A DNA stretch of 64,000 nt from Candidatus Omnitrophota bacterium (GTDB lineage: Bacteria; Omnitrophota; Omnitrophia; Omnitrophales; Aquincolibacteriaceae). Under the pieces are notes generated by a model. It saw only the letters and a program-made list of their open reading frames with translations. It searched no databases and was not told where the DNA came from. Position 1 is the first letter of the stretch, and every line of letters begins with the position of its first letter. Of the stretch, positions 8,313-19,101 are shown in pieces. A program made the translations under genes and the position numbers. The DNA lies in NCBI GenBank assembly GCA_022709525.1, contig JAKLIQ010000001.1, forward strand, positions 146,679-210,678, written 5' to 3'.

Positions 8313-8501
8313 TCATTTCACAGCTCCCTGGGCGACCATATCTTCGATATTGGTGGCGGTTTGTTTGAGTCCGCGGATATCAACGACAACATTGGCGTTG
8401 ATCGTAATCGGCCGTTCCGGATCCCCGACGGCTTTAACGGTGCAACCGGTTAAAACGATCGCGGCCAAAAACATTGCAATCGATCTTGTGACCATTTTCA
8501 T
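8313..8501 (-). CDS. ynbE: YnbE-like lipoprotein
   Basis: 62 aa with lipobox LTGC and an RPITINANVVVD core matching E. coli YnbE (EPITINMNVKIE). It lies between the ydbH-like and ydbL-like genes. Confidence 0.7.
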   Translation of the reverse strand: MKMVTRSIAMFLAAIVLTGCTVKAVGDPERPITINANVVVDIRGLKQTATNIEDMVAQGAVK

Positions 8502-8502
8502 G

Positions 8503-9354
8503 TCATTTCACCTCAATAAGCCCCATGATCCGGGCGATCTGCGAGAACGCGTCCTTCCGGTCGGTCCTCAGGTCTGCGTTGAGCGTTAGTTTCAGATTAT
8601 AGTCCGGAATGAAGATCTGGAGGAGTATTTTCATACGGTCGCTTTGTAAAAGGTCGACCTTTAAAGACCCTTTCTGGTATCGGATCAATTGCTCTTTTTG
8701 GGTCATGTCCCGGACCTTTTCTTTTTGAGTTGAGACCGGAAGATAAGGCAGGAAAAGATCGAAGAACTTGGCCTGGATGTTGCCGCCCGGCTGGGGCGAC
8801 TCAATGTCGATATGGAATTCGGGGTCTTTTCCCGCGGCCTGCCGGAACGTCAACGATCCTTTTGTGGCGCCTGTCGCGCCGGTAAGATTCTGCGGGTCAA
8901 GCCACTGCCAATCCTCGAGGTCGGAACTTCCAAAATCCGCCGTGAATTCAAAGTTCGAAGCGCTCGAGGCATCGATCGTAAAAGTTCCGGAGACGCCCGA
9001 GCGTGTGGATTTTTCCGGCCGGAAGCCCTCAAAGATGAAACGGACGGGTTTTTTCTCCAGGAAATAGGAAAGCGGGTCAAGCGATTCGATAAATCTTATT
9101 TCGAGAGGAACGGGGCCCTGGCGCGTTTGGAGTTTCCCAGAAAGTTCCGTGATGCGGGCCCGCAGCTGACGGTTTAAGGTCACTCCCTGGATGCGGATCG
9201 AGCCGGCGAAGAATTCTTGCGAAACTTGATTCAGCCGTCGTTCCAGCAGGCTCCGTTCGATCTCCGGCAGGCGGGGAGTTACCCATAAAACCAGACCTAC
9301 GACGGCCGCCAACATAGATAGCCATATCAAAGGCGAAAGTGCTTTTTTATGCAT
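8503..9354 (-). CDS. short YdbH-like / AsmA-family membrane protein
   Basis: 283 aa with an N-terminal TM helix. Its position at the head of ynbE-ydbL mirrors the enterobacterial ydbH-ynbE-ydbL operon, but it is much shorter than E. coli YdbH. Confidence 0.5.
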   Translation of the reverse strand: MHKKALSPLIWLSMLAAVVGLVLWVTPRLPEIERSLLERRLNQVSQEFFAGSIRIQGVTLNRQLRARITELSGKLQTRQGPVPLEIRFIESLDPLSYFLEKKPVRFIFEGFRPEKSTRSGVSGTFTIDASSASNFEFTADFGSSDLEDWQWLDPQNLTGATGATKGSLTFRQAAGKDPEFHIDIESPQPGGNIQAKFFDLFLPYLPVSTQKEKVRDMTQKEQLIRYQKGSLKVDLLQSDRMKILLQIFIPDYNLKLTLNADLRTDRKDAFSQIARIMGLIEVK

Positions 9355-9437
9355 AGCGTATCCTCAAGAGTATTATGAGGTTCGGGCGCAAAAAAGCAAC
9401 TGTCCAATCCTTTTAAGTAAAAGACAATCCCTTTCTT

Positions 9438-9467
9438 GTAAAAGGGGACTTTCTTGAGTAGAATACC
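9438..9467 (+). promoter_or_regulatory. candidate sigma70 promoter (TTGTAA-17-TAGAAT) followed by a hairpin plus T-run
   Basis: TTGTAA, a 17-nt spacer and TAGAAT. Downstream, the hairpin acccgc...gcgggt followed by ttttt (9470-9505) could be a leader or attenuator ahead of the tRNA cluster. Confidence 0.3.
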
Positions 9468-9556
9468 CGCTCTTCGGTATCCTTTTGCGGGTTTTTGTAC
9501 TTGAAGTCCTGCGGTGTTTTTGTGTCCCAAATGTTTGACTTAAATAGCAGAGGTAT

Positions 9557-9629
9557 GCGCCCTTAGCTCAGTTGGTAGAGCAAGTGACTCTTAATCACTG
9601 GGTCGAAGGTTCGAGTCCTTCAGGGCGCA
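9557..9629 (+). tRNA. tRNA-Lys (CTT)
   Basis: GCGCCCTTAGCTCAGTTGGTAGAGCAAGTGACTCTTAATCACTGGGTCGAAGGTTCGAGTCCTTCAGGGCGCA. Anticodon stem AGTGA/TCACT and loop CTCTTAA. Confidence 0.9.
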
Positions 9630-9649
9630 CTTTTTCTTGTTACGGATCT

Positions 9650-9731
9650 GCGGTCGTGGCGAAATTGGCAGACGCGCAAGACTTAGGATCTTGTCCCGAA
9701 AGGGGTGGGGGTTCAAGTCCCTCCGACCGCA
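9650..9731 (+). tRNA. tRNA-Leu (TAG)
   Basis: Type II tRNA with a long variable arm (GTCCCGAAAGGGGT). Anticodon stem CAAGA/TCTTG and loop CTTAGGA. Confidence 0.9.
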
Positions 9732-9796
9732 CTTGTTCCTAATGAACAAGTACGGCACCGTGAGAGCTTAAGGATAGCTCTCTACGGTGACCGCAC
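9731..9796 (+). repeat. conserved double-hairpin tRNA trailer element, copy A
   Basis: acttgttc-CTAAT-gaacaagt is a perfect 8-bp stem. It is followed by a second hairpin gagagc-ttaaggata-gctctc flanked by acggcaccgt/tacggtgaccgca. A homologous unit follows tRNA-Gly. Confidence 0.55.
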
Positions 9797-9880
9797 TTCG
9801 GGATTGGATTAGGAGGTGCCAGTCGCATCTCGGAGCGTCAAGCTCCGGAAAGCGTAGTCCTTGCGCATTGGGCGCAAGGG

Positions 9881-9899
9881 CAAATCCCTCCGACCGCAC
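9881..9899 (+). repeat. partial duplicate of the tRNA-Leu 3' end (T-arm/acceptor fragment)
   Basis: aaatccctccgaccgcac matches tRNA-Leu 9714-9731 (aagtccctccgaccgcac). It lies ~150 nt downstream with no matching 5' acceptor strand, so it is a fragment and not a gene. Confidence 0.5.
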
Positions 9900-10072
9900 C
9901 GAGTTCGAGAAATCGGTGCAATTGACAAAGATAAGACGCGCTTCTATCCTTGTCCATTATTTGTCTTTCAAATGGTTGACAAGGATTGCCCCAATTTCAA
10001 CTTTGTTGAAATTGATAAGTATTGGGACTAGAATACGGCCTCCCGAAGGCCGCGAAGTTATCACCTAAATAA

Positions 10073-10146
10073 GCGAGTGTAGCATAGTGGTAATGCTCTG
10101 CCTTGCCAAGGCAGCTACGAGGGTTCGATTCCCTCCACTCGCTCCA
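10073..10146 (+). tRNA. tRNA-Gly (GCC)
   Basis: GCGAGTGTAGCATAGTGGTAATGCTCTGCCTTGCCAAGGCAGCTACGAGGGTTCGATTCCCTCCACTCGCTCCA. Anticodon loop TTGCCAA. The 3' CCA is encoded. Confidence 0.9.
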
Positions 10147-10211
10147 CTTGTTCTTTATGAACAAGTACGGCACCGTCGAAGCATAAGGACAGCTTCGTAC
10201 GGTGACCGCAT
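10146..10211 (+). repeat. conserved double-hairpin tRNA trailer element, copy B
   Basis: acttgttc-TTTAT-gaacaagt followed by cgaagc-ataaggaca-gcttcg. The second stem differs from copy A by compensatory changes (gagagc/gctctc versus cgaagc/gcttcg). Confidence 0.55.
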
Positions 10212-10233
10212 CTAAATAGATAAGGCGGTTCAT

Positions 10234-11580
10234 GTGTTGTTTAAAAAAAATAAAGAAGCGTCCCCAGTAACGGCATCTCCCTCCGGTAATGTCGAAACCC
10301 TAGAATCTCCCATCAAGATCAAACTTCAGGACGGCAAACCCTGCGAGAAGATCCTGACGATCGAAGTCGCCCAGGACCGCATCAGCGAGGAATACGAGTC
10401 TTTTTATAAAGCGATCGCGCCACGGGCGAAGGTTCCCGGATTCCGTCCCGGAAAAGTGCCGCGCGATGTATTGATCATGCACTACGAAAAAAATGCCAAC
10501 GACTCGGTACTTGAAACACTTCTTTCAGAGTCCTTGCCGAAAGCTCTGCGCGAAAAAGACCTGAATCCGTTGGCGACGCCCGAGATCCGGGACATTCAAT
10601 TTACCAAAGAAAAACTTGCTTATAAGGCCCACGTCGAGGTTCGCCCCAAGGTCAAACTTTCCCGCATCACGGGTTTAAGTGCGAAGAAGGAAAAAGTCTC
10701 GATCAAGCCGGAAGATGTCGAAAAAGCCCTCAAACAGACCCAGGAAATGCACGCGCAGTACAAAGCAGTCGAGGGCCGGTCGGCCAAGATGGGCGATTTT
10801 ATCATCACCGATTATGTCTGTCTGATCGACGGCCAAGAAGTGGAAAAGCGCAATGACGACTGGATGGAACTGAAGGAAAAGGAATATCTGAAGGGTTTTT
10901 CCGCCCAGCTTGTCGGTGTTTCCGTCGGCGAAGAAAAAGATGTTCAGATCTCTTTCCCTCAGGACATGGCGGACAAGCGCGCCGCGGGAAAAACCGCGGT
11001 TTTCAAGATCAAAGTCAAAGAGATCAAAGAAAAAACACTGCCCGCGCTCGATGATGATTTCGCGAAACAGGCCGGCGATTACAAAAATCTGGACGACCTT
11101 AAACAAAAACTTGCCGCCGATCTTGAAAAACGCGCCGCCGATGAAAAAGAAGCGGCTTTCGAGCGGGAACTTCTCAATGAGCTCGCGAAACACAATAAAA
11201 TCGAGATCCCCGCGGGACTTTTGCAGCGGCGGGCGGAATATTTGACGGAGCAGGCGCGGCAGCGTTTTCTTCAGCAGGGCGGCACGGCCGAAATTTTCGA
11301 TAAAGAAAAAGAAAAAATGCAAAAGGAATTCGAATCCGAAGCGCGCCGCCAGATCCATATCGCTTTTCTTCTCGATGAGATCGCGGATGTCCAGGGGATC
11401 AAGGCGGATGACGCGGATCTTGTAAAAAAATACGAGATGCTTGCCCGGCAATACCGGCAGCCGAAAGAAACCGTCGAGAAATATTATCAGGAACACAAAG
11501 AAGCCAAAGAAACTTTGCTGGATCAAGTCCGAAACGAAAAAGTCATCGAATTCTTGAAGCAGAACGCGAAAACCAAATGA
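10234..11580 (+). CDS. tig: trigger factor
   Basis: PGFRPGKVPRDVLIMHY signature, PPIase middle domain and C-terminal arm. tig followed by clpP is the usual synteny. The N-terminus may be over-extended in the ORF track. Confidence 0.85.
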   Translation: MLFKKNKEASPVTASPSGNVETLESPIKIKLQDGKPCEKILTIEVAQDRISEEYESFYKAIAPRAKVPGFRPGKVPRDVLIMHYEKNANDSVLETLLSESLPKALREKDLNPLATPEIRDIQFTKEKLAYKAHVEVRPKVKLSRITGLSAKKEKVSIKPEDVEKALKQTQEMHAQYKAVEGRSAKMGDFIITDYVCLIDGQEVEKRNDDWMELKEKEYLKGFSAQLVGVSVGEEKDVQISFPQDMADKRAAGKTAVFKIKVKEIKEKTLPALDDDFAKQAGDYKNLDDLKQKLAADLEKRAADEKEAAFERELLNELAKHNKIEIPAGLLQRRAEYLTEQARQRFLQQGGTAEIFDKEKEKMQKEFESEARRQIHIAFLLDEIADVQGIKADDADLVKKYEMLARQYRQPKETVEKYYQEHKEAKETLLDQVRNEKVIEFLKQNAKTK

Positions 11581-11612
11581 ACGCGAAACTTGCGGTTACG
11601 CAAGTTTCAGCT

Positions 11613-11769
11613 GTGAATTTGGCCCAGCACTAATTTTTCTTTTCAGCGTTGAAGCAATGAGGAGTGGCTGGTCGGCGCGGTTCTTTTGGATGGAAATAAG
11701 CTCGAGTGATAAAATTAGTGCTGGGTTGAATTCGCACTTATCACTTACATCGCATGTTCTGTAAGTGAT
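11613..11769 (+). promoter_or_regulatory. inverted-repeat structures upstream of clpP
   Basis: A ~25-bp imperfect inverted repeat, gtgaatttggcccagcactaatttt (11613-11637) and aaaattagtgctgggttgaattcgcac (11711-11737), separated by ~73 nt. A perfect 10-bp hairpin atcacttaca/tgtaagtgat (11740-11769) sits 10 nt before the clpP RBS. Confidence 0.35.
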
Positions 11770-11791
11770 GTGCTCATTAAAGGAGGGTTCC

Positions 11792-12391
11792 ATGAGCTAC
11801 TTAGTCCCGATGGTTATTGAAACAACAGGAAAAGGAGAGCGGGCTTATGATATTTATTCCCGGCTTCTCAAAGAACGTATTGTCTTCGTCGGCACGCCGA
11901 TCGATGACGTGATCGCGAACCTCATCATCGCCCAGATCCTCTTTCTGAACATGGAAGAACCGGGCAAGGACATCAACATTTATATCAATTCGCCGGGCGG
12001 CTCCGTCACGGCAGGCCTTGCGATCTATGACACGATGCGTTTCGTGAAATGCGATGTCGCGACTTTCTGTATCGGGCAAGCGGCCAGCATGGGCGCGGTC
12101 CTTCTGGCAGCCGGCACCAAAGGCAAACGCTACGCACTGCCGAATTCCCGCGTCATGATCCACCAGCCGTGGGGCGGCGCTCAAGGAACAGCTTCCGATA
12201 TCCATATCCAGGCTCAGGAGATCCTGAAGCTCAAGGAGCAGATCAATCAGATCCTCGTTCATCATTCCGGACAGTCGCTTGAACGCATCCAGAAGGATAC
12301 CGACCGCGATTATTTCATGTCCGCCGAAGAAGCAAAAAATTACGGCCTCGTTGACGCCGTGATCACAACCCGCACGGAGGTTTCTAAATGA
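11792..12391 (+). CDS. clpP: ATP-dependent Clp protease proteolytic subunit
   Basis: ATG at 11792 preceded by AAAGGAGGG. ClpP signatures (catalytic Ser in GQAASMGAV, His in MIHQP). The ORF track's upstream start at 11765 is unlikely. Confidence 0.9.
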   Translation: MSYLVPMVIETTGKGERAYDIYSRLLKERIVFVGTPIDDVIANLIIAQILFLNMEEPGKDINIYINSPGGSVTAGLAIYDTMRFVKCDVATFCIGQAASMGAVLLAAGTKGKRYALPNSRVMIHQPWGGAQGTASDIHIQAQEILKLKEQINQILVHHSGQSLERIQKDTDRDYFMSAEEAKNYGLVDAVITTRTEVSK

Positions 12392-13506
12392 GTCAGCCTA
12401 CGATCCTTTTAACGCCCGGCCCCACGCCCGTTCCTGAAGTCACGCGCAAATTGATGGCGGAGCCCATTTTCCACCATCGCACGCCGCGTTACCGCAAGAT
12501 CTTCGGGGATGTTTCCGAACGGCTCAAAAAAGTTTTCATGACCAAAAATCCGGTCTACACCTTTGCCGGTTCCGGCAGCTTGGCCATGGAGGCGGCGCTT
12601 GTGAATTTCCATTCAACGGGAGATAAAGTTCTCGTGGTCGAGAACGGAAAATTCGCCGAGCGTTTTACGGCGATCGCCAAAGCGTTCGGACTCGCTCCGA
12701 TCAGTCTTAAAGTCCCGTATGGGGAAGCGGTCCAGCCGTCACAGATCGAAGAGGCGCTTAAAAAAGACCCCGATATTAAAGCTGTCTGCCTTCAGCTTTG
12801 CGAAACTTCGACCGCCGTTTTAAACGATGTCAAAACGATCGGGGAGATCGTTTCAAAGACAAACGCCCTCTTGATCGTGGACGCCATTTCAGGCCTCGGA
12901 GCCGACCGGCTTGAGACCGATAACTGGCACGTGGACCTTGTGATCGCCGGTTCGCAAAAAGCGCTTATGCTTCCTCCGGGACTCGCGTTCTTAAGCGTCA
13001 GCGAAAAAGCCAAGGCGCGCATGGCGACCGCTAAATTGCCGCGTTTTTATTACGATCTCAAACATTATGAAAAATCCCTCAAAGACAGCGACACGCCTTG
13101 GACGCCCGCGCTCACGCTCGTGATCGGGCTCCAAAAGTCGCTGGACCTGATCGAGCAGGAGGGGCTCGAGAATGTTTTTAAACGCTGCGCCGCGAACGCC
13201 GCGTTCACCCGCGAATCGCTTCAAAAGCTCGGACTGAAACTTTTTTCCAAAGCTCCTTCATCAACCGTGACCGCCGCCTGTCTGCCGGAAGGCGTTGACG
13301 GCGAAAAGCTTTGTCAGGTCATGCGCGATGAGAAAGGGATCGCCATGGCCGGCGGGCAAGGTGATCAAATGAAAGGTAAGGTCGTTCGCATTTGTCATAT
13401 GGGCGCGATCACCAAAAAAGATATTGAGGCCGGACTCAAGGTTTTGAGCGAGACCCTCAAGGAAATGAAATCTTCGTCGGGTTCCTCCTGCTGCTGTTGT
13501 AAGTAG
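12388..13506 (+). CDS. class V aminotransferase (phosphoserine aminotransferase / AGXT-type, SerC-like)
   Basis: Class V PLP-fold aminotransferase throughout, adjacent to serA. Carries an unusual C-terminal tail [11 protein letters not shown]. Confidence 0.7.
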   Translation: MSQPTILLTPGPTPVPEVTRKLMAEPIFHHRTPRYRKIFGDVSERLKKVFMTKNPVYTFAGSGSLAMEAALVNFHSTGDKVLVVENGKFAERFTAIAKAFGLAPISLKVPYGEAVQPSQIEEALKKDPDIKAVCLQLCETSTAVLNDVKTIGEIVSKTNALLIVDAISGLGADRLETDNWHVDLVIAGSQKALMLPPGLAFLSVSEKAKARMATAKLPRFYYDLKHYEKSLKDSDTPWTPALTLVIGLQKSLDLIEQEGLENVFKRCAANAAFTRESLQKLGLKLFSKAPSSTVTAACLPEGVDGEKLCQVMRDEKGIAMAGGQGDQMKGKVVRICHMGAITKKDIEAGLKVLSETLKEMKSSSGSSCCCCK

Positions 13507-13556
13507 CGGAAGAAGCGGACGTTATCGAGGTCATTTCATCAAGAGGAGATTTAAAA

Positions 13557-16431
<2,875 letters not shown>

Positions 16432-16439
16432 GATTTTCT

Positions 16440-17168
16440 ATGGCTAATCCCATTCCTCAGCACGTTGCGATCATCATGGATGGCAACGGGCGCTGGGCCA
16501 AGCGCCAGGGGCTTTTGCGCGTTCAGGGGCATGAGGTCGGCGTTCAGCGAGTCGAAGAGATCATCAAGGCCGCGCAGGAAAAAGGGATCCGTTATCTGAC
16601 GCTTTACGCTTTTTCGAAAGAGAACTGGCGGCGCCCCAAAGACGAAGTTGAGTTTTTGATGGGGCTTTTGTCCTCCTATCTTGATAAAAAGATCGACGCT
16701 CTGATCAAGAATAACTGCGTTTTCAATGTGATCGGCGAGATCGAAGATCTTCCGTCCGAGCTTCAAAAAAAACTTGTCCGGGCCATGGAAGTCTCCAGGA
16801 GCAATACAGGCCTCGTTGTGACGTTCGCTTTGAGTTATTCCGGCCGCCGCGAGATCCTCCGGGCCTGCCGGAAGATCGCCGAAAAAACCGTTGAGGGCTC
16901 GTTGAAACCCGCTAACATCACCGAAGACGTCTTTTCCGGGAATCTTTATACCGCGGGCATGCCCGATCCGGAGCTTTTGATCCGGACAAGCGGCGAACTC
17001 AGGGTCAGTAATTTTCTTTTATGGCAGATCTCTTACGCCGAACTTTATATCACGCAAAAATTCTGGCCGGAATTCACGCGCGACGAATTTGAAAAAGCGC
17101 TCGAGGATTATAAAAAACGTGAACGGCGTTTCGGGGACACCTGTGCGGTGAGCGGAGGAAAAACATGA
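16440..17168 (+). CDS. uppS: undecaprenyl diphosphate synthase (cis-prenyltransferase)
   Basis: HVAIIMDGNGRWA motif and an ELLIRTSGELRVSNFLLWQ...Y C-terminal region. Confidence 0.9.
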   Translation: MANPIPQHVAIIMDGNGRWAKRQGLLRVQGHEVGVQRVEEIIKAAQEKGIRYLTLYAFSKENWRRPKDEVEFLMGLLSSYLDKKIDALIKNNCVFNVIGEIEDLPSELQKKLVRAMEVSRSNTGLVVTFALSYSGRREILRACRKIAEKTVEGSLKPANITEDVFSGNLYTAGMPDPELLIRTSGELRVSNFLLWQISYAELYITQKFWPEFTRDEFEKALEDYKKRERRFGDTCAVSGGKT

Positions 17169-17962
17169 ACCAGCTCGGAAAAAGACTTTTAACTTCGGCG
17201 GTCCTTATTTCCATCGCGCTCGCGGTGATCTTTTTTCTTCCGCATTGGTGTTTTTTTGTGGTCGTAGAAGTGTTAGTCCTGATGGGGCTCTGGGAATTCT
17301 TTTCCCTCGCGGAGCAGAAAGGCTTGTTGATCCATCGGGCCTTCGGGCTCGTGTTTGGCGCGCTGCTTCCTTTTTCCGCCTATCTCTCGCTCCAGCCGAC
17401 GAACCTGCTCATGGTCTGCGTCGCGCTTTTCATCTTCCTGTTCAATCGCCGATCGCCGGATAAAACGATCACAAGCGTTTCCGTAAGCGTTTTCGGGATC
17501 ATCTATGTCGCGTGGTTCTTCTCCTATCTGATCAAGATCAAGCTTTTACCCGACGGCGCAGCGTGGGTATTTTACACGATTCTTATCGTCAAAAGCGGGG
17601 ATGCGGCTGCGTATTTTGTCGGCAAGAAATTCGGGAAAACCAAGCTACTTGAACATGTCAGTCCTAAAAAATCCATCGAGGGCGCCATTGCTCAGATGAT
17701 CGCGACCATTGCCTTATCGGTCGGTTCGGTCTTTTATCTCCACGTGTCGCCTTTCCACCTTTTTATCCTCGGGACCGCCGTGGGAGCGCTTGCGCTGCTC
17801 GGCGATCTCGCCGAAAGCCTGATCAAGCGCGATGCAGGGGTTAAAGATTCCGGCAATATTCCCGGACTTGGCGGTATTCTGGATGTTCTCGACAGCCTTC
17901 TTTTCACGATCCCCGTCGTTTATTTCTATCTGACCATGATCCTGGGCTTTGAGAGGTTATGA
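17165..17962 (+). CDS. cdsA: phosphatidate cytidylyltransferase
   Basis: Polytopic membrane protein with the CdsA C-terminal signature (SPKKSIEGAIAQM...GDLAESLIKRDAGVKDSGNIPGLGGILD). Sits in uppS-cdsA-dxr-rseP synteny. Confidence 0.8.
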   Translation: MNQLGKRLLTSAVLISIALAVIFFLPHWCFFVVVEVLVLMGLWEFFSLAEQKGLLIHRAFGLVFGALLPFSAYLSLQPTNLLMVCVALFIFLFNRRSPDKTITSVSVSVFGIIYVAWFFSYLIKIKLLPDGAAWVFYTILIVKSGDAAAYFVGKKFGKTKLLEHVSPKKSIEGAIAQMIATIALSVGSVFYLHVSPFHLFILGTAVGALALLGDLAESLIKRDAGVKDSGNIPGLGGILDVLDSLLFTIPVVYFYLTMILGFERL

Positions 17963-19101
17963 AGCAGCTCTCGATCCTCGGTTCCACCGGTTCCGTCGGA
18001 GAAAATGTACTTCGCGTTGTCCGTATCCACTCCGAACGCTTCACGGTCAAAGCGCTCGCCGTCAGAAAAAACGCCGCAAGACTTTATGAGCAGGCCGCGG
18101 AATTCCGCCCCAAGATCGTTTGTATTTACGATCCACAAGTTGCTAAAAAATCCGCCGCTAAATTCAAGCGGCTCGGGATCCGCGTCGTCGCCGGTGACGA
18201 AGGCCTCGCGGAGGTCGCCACGCTCGCCGGGGTCGGAGAAGTTATTTGCGCCATGGTCGGCGCCGCCGGGCTTAAGCCGATCTTTGCCGCCGTAAACGCT
18301 AAGAAGACGGTCGCGATCGCCAACAAAGAACCGCTTGTCATGGCGGGCAAGCTTCTTTTGGAAACCGCGGAAAAAGCCGGCGTGCGCGTTCTTCCGATCG
18401 ACAGCGAACATTCCGCCCTCTGGCAATGCCTTGAAAACCAGGACCCCGCTTTCGTCAAAAAACTGATCATCACATCCTCCGGCGGGCCTTTCCGGAATAA
18501 AAAAGGTTCGCTTGCCAAGATCACGCCCGCGCAGGCGCTCGATCATCCCAAATGGAAAATGGGCCCGAAGATCACGATCGATTCGGCCACTCTTATGAAT
18601 AAAGGGCTCGAGGTGATCGAAGCCGCGAATCTTTTCCGCGTTCCGTCCGGCAAGATCGATGTGGTGGTCCATCCGGAAGCGATCGTGCACGCGCTTGTGG
18701 AATTCGTGGACGGTTCGCATTTCGCTCATTTAGGCGTAACCGACATGCGGCTTCCGATCCAATACGCTTTAAGCTATCCCGAGCGGCTCGAGGATCATTT
18801 GCCGCATTTGGACCTGACCCATCTAGCGGCGCTTCATTTCGAAGAACCCGATCGCAGACGGTTTCCGTGCCTCGATCTCGGTTATACGGCAAGTAAGATC
18901 GGCGGGACGATGCCGGCGGTGCTTAATGCCGCGAATGAAGTCGCGGTGGATGCTTTCCTTGCGGACCGCATTAGTTTTCTTGGGATCCCGAAGATCATTG
19001 AAAAGACCATGAGCGCGCACCGTTTGATTTATAAACCCGTTTTAGCGGATGTCTTTGCTGCCGATGCTTGGGCAAGGGAGACGGCCGGGGAGCTTTCATG
19101 A
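17959..19101 (+). CDS. dxr: 1-deoxy-D-xylulose 5-phosphate reductoisomerase
   Basis: N-terminal ILGSTGSVG NADPH motif and the Dxr catalytic region (ANKEPLVMAG...DSEHSALWQCL). Confidence 0.9.
   Translation: MKQLSILGSTGSVGENVLRVVRIHSERFTVKALAVRKNAARLYEQAAEFRPKIVCIYDPQVAKKSAAKFKRLGIRVVAGDEGLAEVATLAGVGEVICAMVGAAGLKPIFAAVNAKKTVAIANKEPLVMAGKLLLETAEKAGVRVLPIDSEHSALWQCLENQDPAFVKKLIITSSGGPFRNKKGSLAKITPAQALDHPKWKMGPKITIDSATLMNKGLEVIEAANLFRVPSGKIDVVVHPEAIVHALVEFVDGSHFAHLGVTDMRLPIQYALSYPERLEDHLPHLDLTHLAALHFEEPDRRRFPCLDLGYTASKIGGTMPAVLNAANEVAVDAFLADRISFLGIPKIIEKTMSAHRLIYKPVLADVFAADAWARETAGELS

Noticed and set aside
9797-9901. Possible additional tRNA gene between tRNA-Leu and tRNA-Gly
   Set aside because: Only a T-arm/acceptor 3' fragment matching tRNA-Leu is present. 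No complementary 5' acceptor strand or D/anticodon arms can be folded. Called a partial duplication and not a gene.
10675-11526. 283-aa ORF on the minus strand inside tig
   Set aside because: Antisense to a confidently identified trigger factor gene. Low-complexity F/L/K-rich translation typical of the reverse frame of a K/E-rich gene. Spurious.
11613-11737. CIRCE (HrcA operator) upstream of clpP
   Set aside because: Half-sites cagcactaa / ttagtgctg resemble CIRCE halves, but they are ~73 nt apart instead of 9 and the arms extend well beyond the CIRCE consensus. Treated as a generic inverted repeat.
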